A stretch of DNA of 64,000 nt from Phoronis australis (taxonomy: Eukaryota > Animalia > Phoronida): the NCBI GenBank assembly GCA_002633005.1, contig NMRA01000055.1:800282-864281 (forward strand), in the 5' to 3' direction. Below are positions 52,101 through 64,000 of this stretch, piece after piece (position 1 is the stretch's first letter; each line of letters starts with the position of its first letter). The notes beneath the pieces were generated by a model. The model saw only the letters and a list, made by a program, of their open reading frames with translations. It was not told where the DNA came from and did no database searches. Position numbers and translations under genes: made by a program.

Positions 52101-55100
52101 CCACCGTTTCTTAGTTGCGGGTGTGTAAACGGCCACTTGACACCAATCATCTTGCGTCAGGTCAGTTGCGCCTTGTGTCAAAAGCTAATGTCCATTTTTT
52201 GCATCAAGGGTAATAAGAATTTGAAAACTGTCAAACGGTAATATTGGCAATAATTTTTGTGCAAGAATTACTGGATGTTATGTCTGACTTGGTGAGCGAC
52301 TGAGCGACGGCGTCTAAAACCTTGCTCACAAGTGATTGAGGGGCTTTTAAAAAAAGTCTGATACCTTGGCTGAAATTGATGCTTTTCTTAACGTAGTAAG
52401 GTGCAACTTTCAAAATCATTCAGGTACAGGCCAATACCAAGTATATCTTTTACATGAACAGTGAATCCTATAATGCCAACTTTTGGAAGCATCAATACAA
52501 AAAAAAACATAACTGCAATGAAATTCACATCTAGTTTTGACACAAAATATGAACTCCGTTGTAAAAATATTGTCAATTCTTTTACATTAACACACTGTAC
52601 AAGAGAAAATGATTTTACAACGATCAGCGTCACTTCCTAGGATATCAAGCCACGATGTTAAACAGATACTTGTCTCACAAGTTTGGAGAATCCTTTGAAT
52701 ACACAAGCAAGCAAAATGAACTTACCACAAAGAACAAATGAGTGCAACACTACTCAATGAATAAACAATGGCAATAGTCAGTTACAGGGTCTCTCTTCTC
52801 CCCCCTGCATTTTGAGAACCAGTTTGATGCCTGTTACTCAGTGGAGAAAACTGGTTCTCAAAATGCACTGTAAGTGACTATAAAGCAATTAAGCAAATGA
52901 TAAAGCTTGCTAGACACTGAACAAAATTAATTTGTGTTTCTATGGCAACAACAAGAAGAAAAAGCGAAATGAATCTAAAGTATGTGTTCTAAGATGGCAA
53001 GTGAACGCCATACACAAAAAACAAAGATTCTCGAAAATTGTACAATCGAGCTATAAAACAAGAATGGTCTTGCATTGTATGTCTGAGACGCGATGGATTC
53101 GAATTAAAACACTATGTCAAAGCAAAAACATTGATTCCAAACCCACACTCATCATTGCGAAAATGATCAATTTAAGAACTTGTTAGTCAAAAATTTGGAT
53201 ACGATTTTGGTAATAGACACAGAAGTTGACATTTGATATCTCCCTGAATTACCATTAGAGGAAATACTTGAATGATTTAGGGAAATCTTCATCATATATG
53301 GGCAAAAGGTGGGCATTACATATGAGCCAGCATGTTTTCAAATGAACTGTTCACTTACAGTCAACAACAGTGTATTGATTTGCAATGAATGTATGTGTAC
53401 AGCTATGTAACTGTTATTGGCCTACTTGTCTGCAACAGAGCACCTTCCCTACAAGGACCCCGGGGAACTTAGCCTACAGATTCCCGGAAGCACCGATAGC
53501 TCAACCATGCCCTGCGACGTTGTTTACCATATTCCGGGAAAGCTCTATCACGTTTCAAGATTAGAGAGAGAGTGAATATTTTTTTCCGTGGTTTCATTAA
53601 AATAAAACTGCTGCCCAGATACCTCCCACATCACTGATTGATCATCTTCAACAAGGAATGAGGAGAGGAGAGTTGAACAGCCAAACATAACTTCAAAAAC
53701 ATCTCAACTTCGACTGGAATATGAATCGGCTGAATAATTTGTAGCAAAAAGCACTTGATCTCTTTGTAGTTTTACGCCATTGTGAATAATTCACCTTCAT
53801 CACTGACAGGGAAATATTTAAATCATCTATGTCTTCAAGTTCTGTGACAAGACGTAATATTTATTCCCTTTTCATTGCGAGTAGACTTGTCTAAGCATTA
53901 TTTGCGATTGCCTTACATGACGTGATCGATAAATTATAAGATTCTATTGATTTTCAACAAGCGTAAAGTGGCCACTGAGACAGTAACTGAGCGAGGGAAT
54001 ACCATCCCACGATTACACTTAGGGTACAATGCATCAAGCATCGTTGTACATAATACACATGCGCAAATGCCTTATAAATCAATAAACGTTCATTGGCTTG
54101 TTTCATAATCCTTTGAAAAATTATTCCGCACACTAATTGCCACCAACGCATCTGCAGGGAAGGCAACCAGAAACGTTAGGGACGCCGGATTCAATAGTTT
54201 TACAGGGAAATTAAAACATTAAGTCAGCGTGAAAATGAAACAAGAGCAGCACAGACGTCAGACAGGCGTCCACGTGTGCATCGGAAATGGCAAAGATATG
54301 AGGGATGCTCACTTTTTCAAACTTGCTCATCCACTGCAGTGAACATGACTATTGTGCGCAGCACTAGTCATGAGAAAATTGACCAATTCAATCTCGTTAG
54401 ATGTTGAAATCGCTGCAAAGAAAACTAAAATTACCACTAGGGGGCACTGTAGCAGTCGGATCAATCCAATAATTGACACCAGTCATGTTTACCTTAATAG
54501 AATCTCATGTCATGACGATTCTTGAGACAATGGTGTAACACAATTGCCACTAGGCGGAGCAGAAGTAGTAGACACTGTCCAAAATTTAATGTCAGCCAAG
54601 TTTCTGTTAAACGAAACACCTGCATCCAAGTTTACAGTTCTTAAAACTAATAGGCAAAAAGATGGACGGCAGAAACAAACACCAAAATATAAAAATTGAT
54701 AATAGGGGGCACAGCAGTATTCGGCCCAGTCTGAAAAATTATGGATAATATTGTCTTCTCACTAGAGACACATATGCCATTTATTTAGATCCAATACATT
54801 GAACTGATTGACTTGCTAGATGTAGAGGCAAACGGAAAATTTTAAAACTGCCACGCTAGTAATCAGATCTGTTCCAAAGTTTCTTGTCACCCGTCATCAA
54901 CACCATGGGAAAACATCTGCCAATTTTCATGAGGATCTTGCGAGGGGTTAAGGATATACAGCAAAAATGAAGGCAGTATGCTCCAAATGTGTACATGTGG
55001 GTACATATACGAATACTCACATTACATGGCACTCTTTACCCAAGAGAAAAACGACTGGCATTTTGCTCACGCAAGATTACTCCATGGGAGAAAAAGTCTG

Positions 55101-58100
55101 ACCAGTAAAATATTCTCCGGAGGGACCAATCACAATAGGTGACGTCTCAATACCAAAATGGATCAAAATGGATTATTTGAATCTAGTTTAAAGTCCACAT
55201 GACAAGCCCAGCGAATCAGCTTCTAAGAGGGTCGAGCCGTGTGTGTTACAGTAAAAAGTTGAGCATCGATAAACACGACAAGAGATCTATTTGGACGAAA
55301 TCAGTGGGCTCAAACACTCAAAATAATGTTAGATAGGAATACTGGCTTAATGCTAACGTGCTCCCCAAAAGTACAGACAAGCAGTCCAATTTGACATAAA
55401 AGGTAACCACGAACACTAATACCCTAATAGTTCCCAAAACAATGTCAAAACTGGTCAAGCGATTGGAAGCAGAATTTTCAAGTGTATAACCTCATAGTGA
55501 AGACCGCACACACAGGAATTGAGTTTCGTAAGCTTATGCGCCCGATGCAACTCAATGAAAAACTCGAAACACTTGAGGAGTTCAGCTGTCGGAATCATTG
55601 AAATCAATGTGTTTGTCTTGATCACTTTCGCACATGAATGACAAATGTTCCTACGTACCTCACATTAAAACGACATTCTACTATCATCTCCACACTGCTA
55701 ACTGACAGCTAATCAAATTTAAACTTATCACGTATTTATCAAGTTGTCAACATTTGAGACGAGCATTTTGCTGGACAACGCCTTGAACTAGTGTCTAGGC
55801 TTGCATTTTTAAGAGACCGAAAACGCCTACCAGTCTTGGACAGCTTGGAACGATTCTTCATTGGTGACGTCGTACATCAGTATGAAGCCCATGGCTCCTC
55901 TGTAGTAAGCGGTGGTGATGGTGCGGTACCTCTCCTGGCCAGCCGTGTCCTACAATACATTCATTAATAATGGCCATTAAAAATCTTATCGTTTTACAAG
56001 TATACTAGTAATTGTCAATGCATATATGTGTGTGTGTGTGTGCATGCGCGCGCGTGTGTGCGTGCGTGCGTCAAATAATACACCCCTTCATTTGTATTTG
56101 ACATCAGCGTTAATACATTATTCGTTCAAAAAGAATTACAAGTCTTCTTACACGCCATGTCGGTCACATCCCGTGATCTAAAGTTTAAGTCTGAAGATAT
56201 CTCTGCCCCCACCTGGGACTTTCTACAATCCATGTAGATGCTCTAGTCCACTGAGCTACTTGGACCACCAGTCGATTGTAAAAGATTTATAAGAGACATC
56301 TCATCCCAGCTAGAGAGTTTGCATACATGTATATAATTGTGCTGTTAAATCAGTGCATTCAAATGGTATAAGCAAGAATTATAAGTCCTCTAACACGCCC
56401 TCTGTTGGTCAAATTACATGACCTAGATCTAAGTTGTACTCCCTTCAGCTAAACCAAGTCATAATTTTTCCACAGACACCACTATGTCATTGTTACTGCT
56501 CACACCCAGAGTTACACCGCTAAAATCCAAGTTCTGGGTTTTAATCGCTAAAGGTCTGTCCCATTAAATTTGTTTCATATATTACACAAGGCTGTGACGT
56601 TCAAAACAACATTACCGATTCAGGGTGGGTTGTAGCCGTAAGGTCAAATCAGCTTAGTTGGTTCTGGCGTGTACCCCAACTCATTTAAAAACTCGCGCTC
56701 AACGACTAAAAAATTCGCCAGCCTGCTTCTATGTCTCGGTGTATTTGTACAAAGGTGTGTAATCACATAAGAGTAAGGTTTGAAACATCATGATTTCCCA
56801 GCTATTCTCCCTAGTTTCAGGATATCTTAAAAAGTTAGCAACTAAGAAAGAACCACACCGCCAACTCAGATTTTCAAGACACAGACCATAACCAACTATG
56901 ATTTTTTGGCCAAACCATACTAGAGTTAAAGCTTTTTATACTGTTGGACACCTTGAGTTATAAGCTTTAACACTGATTTGAAAGTCATGACTGCTTTTGC
57001 ACAAACAGTACACATTATAGTAACCAATAATCAATTGTTAACAGTAATCAGTTGCTGAAGGACACAGTTAGATGGTCAACATTAATAATCAACGGGGGGG
57101 GGGNGGGGGGGGGGGGGGCATGTGCCCCCAATAATTTTCACCTTAATACAGGTCTGGCTTTCGTAAGTTTTGAGACTTCTGCCCTGGAAGAACACACTAA
57201 TGGCATAATGAGAGGTTCTCAGGACAACATCCACGGATTATGACAAGTCAGGCCTAATAGACTGGAATTAGATTTCACATCTTGCTAAGGAATAGACCCT
57301 TATTTTTGTAGTTTGAGAAAAATGGTTCTCCAAATTCTAATTACTACAGCTCATGACACACTGTATCAGGGTTCTGGGATTGTAACAACAACTGTTTGCA
57401 CAAATGGCTGAACATGAAAGCACATCCTACACATGTGTACATTTACTCAGCTTTGTGAGCAGTGAGCTGGTTGCATCAGAACCACGTTTTCTCAGACAAG
57501 TATTGACACTATTGATGTTGACTGGGGTATTTTTCAGTCTGTCAAGGTCTATTGAAAGGTCTTCCTTTTGACTGTTCAGGGACCCGCTGTCTTGTATGCC
57601 TGTCTTGTATGCTGCCCACGATAATCAAAACAGACAAGCTCCAGACATCAGGGGTCATTGTTTCTTCACAGCCTGAATTCCCTTAAGTGAAAATTGATGT
57701 CAAAACAAAATCACTTTATGCCCATAAATTGACCAGTGTAACATAAACACAGACCTCTTCCCCAGCCCAGCTTGTCATTTCAAGCTCTGAGTTTGAAGTA
57801 AACAGCCTGCCTACAAAAGTGATAACAAAGCCGCCAGCAAAAGTGACTCTTGTAATCTGGACTTACTGCCTTTTTGATCCTAGCAAAAGNGGGTGCCGGA
57901 TAGGAATATCCTGACTGTGAGAGCAAGATGTAGGATTAGCATTCTAAAATTTGGGACATTGAAAATTTTATTATTTTACTCAAGGTCGACCTTGAACCAA
58001 AAATTTTACAAATAGACAATATTGGCCGTCCCAAATTCAAGAATTACGATCAATTTTTACCGTGAAATAACACTTTAACTGGTACTCTTTGCTGCGCCAT

Positions 58101-61100
58101 TGCTGTGTGACGAAGAAGGAAAAAAATCAATAATTGCAGGTAATTGACCATTGGTGTGAAGTGAACAAAATCATTGTTTCATTGTTTGGTAGAGTTACGC
58201 CACATCCTAATTAATAAATACCTCATTAACTAAAATAGCTTCAGGGCTATGAAAAGTTAATATGACATTAGGGAAGCTTTCGGAAATAGAGAATATCAGC
58301 TTATTTCCTGAAGTGGGGCTTTCGACTTCGGTTTAAATCCTAGGAAATCCTAAGCTAAATGTTCCTGCACCCATTTTAAAGTTAATCAATGACATGCATG
58401 CAGAAATGAACTAGTTTTCATGAACAATTGCATTGCATGCACTAGATGGCAGCACATGTATCCACTGTTACTTAACTGTTACATAACAATCACACTTTTT
58501 ACTAACTTATTCACAACGTGATGCTTGAGTAAGTAAGCTCTGAAAAATTCAACATTTCTGGCATGTCCTACTTGGAATGTTTTGTGAATCGAAATATGGA
58601 ATTTCTCAAATTCCTACTTATCACCAAGGTAGTGTGATGGCTTCTGAACAAAACATTAGGATAAGATAGTTTACAACTTAATCTTAATCGCTCAAATTTC
58701 AAATACAACAACTTTGCGTCGGCAAAACAATTCACTTTGCACACTTAGGTGGCGCAGCAAAAATGACTGTTGTGCATTGTTGTTTTAAGACACAATCCTT
58801 CATTTTATCATCAATTTTAACTAAATCGTGGTTTGAACATGCAAAAAACTTGCAGTTTGGACCCAACACAGTTTTCAAGAATGTCAAAGTAGTGCAACTA
58901 GTGAATAGTGCAGTAGTGCAGTTTTGAGTAAAAACGACTGGTCATGAGCAGATACATTGATTACTGGACATTCATTTCGATTCTTCGAAATATACGTCAC
59001 CATGCACCCTCCTCTTCAGGACAAGGGTTCCAAACATTACACACACCCAGAACATGCTGATAACCCACACTGCACCCATCCACAGTACCTCCAACATGTA
59101 TTTACATGTGCTGTAACCTCATAGACAATGTATGCACAGCTTATCTGACCACACCATCTGTGTTTACATTCTCAGCAACAGTTTTTGAAAAATCCACAAA
59201 TTCCAGAGTGTGAAGCAACACATCACCTCATTTTCAAATTGCTTGGGGCTACATTTCACATGTTTGCCTACTGGCTTTTTGCCACTATTTCAACAAAACT
59301 AGACAAATTTTTACGAGAAAACCATCACCATTTTTCATTTGAAGCCAGTAAAAACCTTACAGTTTAGACACATTATAGTGAACATATAAAGTTTTGTCAA
59401 ATTTCTCAAAAAATATAACAATCAGTTAAATTTTATTCCATTGTAAGTCAACGTGTATTTTATGCACCGTTTATTACACCGTTTCCCATTAATGATGAGA
59501 GTATTTGAAAATTTAAAAAGTCAATTTTTGGTGGATATTTCTTTCCAAACTTGAAGAATTTTTACCACATACCCAACTGACAGAGTGACAGAATGCACCA
59601 AACCTTCCTCTATCACACATTCCTTATCTTTCGTGGACCAATGATTGGGGGGGCACACAAACTTACATGGTACACAGATAAATCCGTTGTCCAGCTAAAC
59701 ACAACCTCCAGTCTCAAGCACACAAACCAAGGACGCCACAACTTCTACAGAAGCCACAAAACATATCAGGATTCAATTCAAATTTTCAATACTTATGGTA
59801 AAGTTTACTTAAATTTGAAAAAAACAATGGCCAAAATTGTCATTTTTTGATTTTTCAAACGCTCATTGTATTGCCAAAATGTTCAAAATTTAAATTAAAT
59901 CTTATGTTTGTTGATGGCAGCCATATTTTATAAAGTTGTCAAAATCAATCAAGTAAAACTGCTGAAAATTTTGACGAAATAAATTTTATAGTTCCGTCAC
60001 AATGTATTCTAATTTTAAGAAACTTTACGCACCGGTACCTTTCATTCCAAAATGAAGTTTCACACTCATGAAAAGTTTTCTTTTGTTTGAAATGTATGAA
60101 TATGATTTATATACAGTGCCCTGGTTCACCTGAGGGGAAAGGTTTGAACTCCTTTAAATATGCCCATGGTTTCTTAATTTGATCGGTGAAGATACAGATG
60201 AGTCGGTAATTCTTCACTTGTCTAGCATATGATGTGACCAACAAGAGAAATTCTATTTTGTCAAATTTCTCCATAAAAACAAATATTAATTAATTACTAG
60301 CATGGTGAATTTTCCATCACCTGCAGTAAAATAATCGGCCTTTGAAAAATGTAAAAATGGCAATTTGGGCAATTATTTTATGCAAATAGAGTAGAGAATT
60401 GCCATACTGTCCTGAGCAACCACCATCCTCTTAAATACAAACAGTTCATCGAAAGCAGGTTCAGTTTAAAAACAGAGGTCCGTGAAATCAAGATGAGGGA
60501 AACTACTACTCGACGTACTAAGCAAAAACTGTGATCACTGAACGACGACAAAAAATCAATAGAAATCATTTTATGCCTATCGGAGAAGCTTGAGAAAGTA
60601 ATCTCCGAAAGATTATCCCCACTAAAAGCAAAGAAGCTGTTTATATAAATCATTCAATGACAAAAAACTAAAACGTAAGGTTTCCTTGCAAAAATGAATT
60701 ATCCTAAAGCATGTCAAATTGAAGAGTATAAATGATAACACATTGATTAGGGTATCAGCTGAATTGTGTGGTAAGGGAAATGCGCTTTTAATTAATCGAC
60801 ACTGGGGTTAGAGAGTAACAATGCAAGGGTATGACAATGTGTCTGGCTGTGACAAACAGAAAACAAGTTGATAACAAGGAGATAACCACTCAGATGGTCA
60901 CCATGACGACAGTATGCCAGGGGAGAAAATTGATGCAGAGTGCAGTACCTGGGGTACAAGGCCTCTGTTGTACATATACCAAAACTAGGCACTGAGGCGC
61001 CTCAATAAGGGTCAGGCCCAAAGGAAAAGGGTAGCAGACGTTTTGATAGATAAGAAGCAAGGTGTATTTTTGTCCCATTTCCTCTATGTCATAGTAATAA

Positions 61101-63262
61101 CAGAAGTAATCGTCCGAGGACTGTAGGATCTCCCAATGGTTTTCCACGGGAGTGAAAGGTTATAGACCTTATGCAAGCTTATGCAAAGAGATGACAGTTT
61201 TCTTCCACTGCCCTTGTTCGGTTTGGAAACCCTCAAGAGGACTATTGGTTCTGGTCATGTGTGTTACGATTGCGGTGGTTAAAAAAGGACACCCAACCCA
61301 TTTCAGCTAACATCAGGTGATGTTGCGGTAAAAAAACTCCGAAACTCATAACACAGCTTAGTGAATTCTAGTACAGTGTTAATTTAGACGTAACTTTTAA
61401 TCAATTTTTATTGCCGTCACTCGACTGAACACAACAAAATCAATTAACGTCGCATTGTATGAATGCCAATGTTCGAGTTCCATGCAATTCACGAACCATT
61501 CTGCAAAGCAAAGGGAGCTAGCTGACATTAACCAGGCTATTGATTATGTCTAAATGGCAAAGAATATATTCACATGCGAAGAATGCTTCACTGATTCACC
61601 AGGGAAATCTAGACGAAGAATAACACGACACTGTGCCAATTAGAAAAGTGCATGAGTAGATAGCAGGTCGAGTGTTCGCGGCAAAATCGTAGGAGTGTCG
61701 TAGCTCGTCGACTCCACGTCTACAAATCAAATGCACGCGATTTGCAACATTAATGAAGTATCATGGCTAATTAGAGACTGATGAAAGGAAATGACTGAAT
61801 AGTTACGGTAAGAGATTTCCAGCGAATTTCCGGTCTACTGCGTCAAATTCAAAGTGTAGCAGGAGCACTTTCAAGGAACGGTGATTGCGTAATGTGACGT
61901 AACAGAAATAGCCAGGAAGAGAGATACGACTTATTCATGACACAAATTTTGGAAGATTATTCAGTGTTGTTAAATCACACGGAATACTCTTAGATCATAA
62001 GGCCACTTCATGCTAGTTTTTCTTTGCGGAATATTTTCCAGAACCTCTAAAACGTGTCGCATGAATGCAAAATCTGCGGGATTATTATTCGAGTTTGATC
62101 AAGAAAAACTTTTGCTGAAAAAAATTTACAAAACGGCTCGCATGGACAAGTTTAAAAGCATAACGCCTCAGTTACAGAGATCAAAGGAGATTAAAAACAT
62201 TAATAGATTCGTTTCTTTCATTTTTTAAAAAAAATTGTGCTAATTTCCTTTTACCCAAATGGATGTCCATTTTTGTTTCCATGTAAACGTTTGAAACCAT
62301 AAATGAACAAATGGAACAAAAAAAAAACGCATTTCTTGATAAGTAGATTTATAAAACCGTGCGTGGTACACACTGCAAGGGACAGGCAACATTATGGAGA
62401 GAACTGATATTAATTACGACAACGTTCCTGATTATTAGACACCATGACAGAAATTGTGAAAAATTAGCCTTACTAAATTATTAGTTCAGTGGAAGGAAAT
62501 AACATCATCATAAAAGTGTGAGTACAGCGGTACAAGTGTTCAATCATTATGACAAGTTTATTCCAACAAAACAATGTCAATGAGATTTAGAGCAAAAATT
62601 CTCCAGTTTGGGCAGTTTCTAAAATTTGAGACACTGAAATTAAAGCCCAAATTGAATTATCATGATTCTGAAGACTGGAACACACCTGATGTTGGTGGTT
62701 ATCATGTTTCTCAAACACTGGATGATGCGATTTGCATTAGAGTCTAAAAATAGACTTGGCAGTTCATCAAGTCACAAAAAGATAGCTGCCAACGCTACAT
62801 TTCAGGCATCCGCATAGAGTCTATCATCGAGATGAACGAATGTTTGTTGTTGCTTTCAATTCTTGAATTTGAAACCACCAATATTGCTTACTTCTAAAAC
62901 TCGATACAAGCAAAGACCTTGAGCAAGAAATTTAATTTTTGCAAAGCCTAACAAGAGACTTTTTGTCATAGTCACGCAGTTCACTTAAACTGTCAAAGTA
63001 CAAAGGAGATTTAAACCACCTGACAGACATCACTCACCCATATCTGTAGTTTGACCCGTTTATCCTGTCGGAACACCGTCTTGACTTTAAAGTCGATGCC
63101 GACTGTACTGACGAAGGCGGACGTAAACGAGTCGTCGGCGTAACGGAACAGGAATGATGTCTTGCCCACGCTGCTGTTGCCGATGATGAGTAGCTTGAAC
63201 ATGTAGTCAAAGTTCTGGTCGGCGGCATCTTTTTGGTAACGTGAGTCGTTTGCGGAAGCCAT
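43169..63262 (-). CDS. RAB3: Ras-related protein Rab3 (219 aa), with three alternative versions of coding exon 3
   Basis: Exon 1 63262-63038 (MASANDS...[42 protein letters not shown]...LQIW), exon 2 55949-55831 ([22 protein letters not shown]...), one of exons 3a/3b/3c, and exon 4 43359-43169 ([13 protein letters not shown]...NCSC*). It ends in a CxC prenylation motif. The ATG directly follows a splice acceptor, so a 5' exon lies further upstream, probably outside the window. Confidence 0.97.
46638..46762 (-). CDS. RAB3: Rab3 exon 3c (most canonical variant)
   Basis: 125 nt, cttttccag|...|gtaata; (W)[41 protein letters not shown](G). Confidence 0.92.
46817..46941 (-). CDS. RAB3: Rab3 exon 3b
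   Basis: 125 nt, cttttgcag|...|gtaggg; (W)[41 protein letters not shown](G). Confidence 0.9.
47372..47496 (-). CDS. RAB3: Rab3 exon 3a (divergent variant)
   Basis: 125 nt, tgctccag|...|gtaggt; (W)[41 protein letters not shown](G). Confidence 0.85.
52774..52881. mobile_element. MITE-like family A copy
   Basis: ATAGTCAGTTACAG...TGCATTTTGAGAACCAGTTT...AAACTGGTTCTCAAAATGCA CTGTAAGTGACTAT. Confidence 0.8.
56023..56071. repeat. Alternating purine-pyrimidine microsatellite (TA/TG/CG)
   Basis: atatatgtgtgtgtgtgtgtgcatgcgcgcgcgtgtgtgcgtgcgtgcgt, about 75 nt upstream of the Rab3 exon 2 acceptor. Confidence 0.9.
59800..60050. repeat. Old dispersed AT-rich repeat (family D); copies at about 63340-63590 and 22380-22590
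   Basis: Shared AAATTTGAA...AACAATGGCCAAAATT...TGTTTGTTGATG.CA.CCATA...TTCCGTCACA.TGT.TTCTAATTT. Boundaries are approximate. Confidence 0.65.
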
Positions 63263-64000
63263 CTGGAAAGGAAAGAAACCGAGAAGGCGTGAATGAGTGA
63301 AAAAACACACCAGCAGAATAACACCATAATGAAGACTACGATAAAGTTTCCTCAAATTTGAACAGAAACAATGGCCAAAATTAACATTTTTTAAAATTTT
63401 TTTTCTAATGCTCACTGTATTGACATAAATGTTCAAATTTCATTTTGTTTGTTGATGACATCCATAATACCATATACAAAGTTTAAAAAAATCAAGCAAA
63501 ATTGTCTTCTTGTTTACTCTCGTTGAAAATTTTGATAGTATAAAATTTTACTATTCCGTCACATTGTGTTCTAATTTGAATGAAGTATAACGCGCTTGTT
63601 TTGTTCCAGTAACCTTTCACTTATTTAGCACAGAATACGGCCGACGTGAAATTCAATTTTGTCAAATTTCTATCTACACAGATATAAAGATCAAGCAAAC
63701 TTTAGTTCGTAACAAGTCTGTTTCGCAGGGCGTAGATGTCATAAACCAACTTTTGGTACACTCTACACCATTTATAAGAAAGTTATAAGCTTTTGAAAAA
63801 TTAAAAACAACAATTTTGGTAATTATTTTCATGTAAAATAAATAGAGAATACCACAATAATTGAACATGATGTATTAGTTCATCGACATTCGGTACGCTA
63901 CTTCCTTCATTCTCCAACGGGAAGACTGCTACTATAGGACTGTGAATCAGTACATATGATCAAGCAATAAGGATTGTTATTTGTTGAGCAAGCCATTCTA

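Noticed and set aside
56200-56270. tRNA-like A-box (TAGCTCAGTGG..AGAGCA) on the minus strand
   Set aside because: No B-box or cloverleaf; at most a decayed SINE fragment.
60790-61150. Short minus-strand ORFs in a compositionally balanced patch of Rab3 intron 1
   Set aside because: No recognisable domain; possibly a decayed transposon fragment.
1-64000. CRISPR arrays, operons or other prokaryotic systems
   Set aside because: The sequence is a spliceosomal-intron animal locus and no regularly spaced repeat-spacer array was seen.

Overview
Eukaryotic, intron-rich, AT-rich animal DNA, probably a marine invertebrate; the Rab3 N-terminus [18 protein letters not shown] looks lophotrochozoan, which is an inference. 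From left to right: (1) the 3' end of a Ty3/Gypsy LTR retrotransposon (integrase, polypurine tract, 168-bp 3' LTR); (2) a FYB/ADAP-like adaptor gene (+, 5' end unresolved, two candidate last exons); (3) an 8-exon hydroxypyruvate isomerase gene (HYI, -); (4) head-to-head with HYI, an uncharacterised ~915-aa multipass membrane protein gene (+) whose tail carries 15 RPx[S/T] motifs; (5) a Rab3 gene (-). Introns hold Kolobok-like, MITE-like and SINE-like repeats. The main finding is that Rab3 coding exon 3 is present as three tandem, intact, diverged 125-nt copies, and only single inclusion keeps the frame. This is a mutually exclusive exon cluster that swaps the alpha3/loop7 effector-specificity surface. 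It is accompanied by a 54-nt intron, a duplicated intronic motif and inverted repeats that could steer exon choice. All exon models were read by eye from GT-AG sites and frame continuity and lack transcript support.
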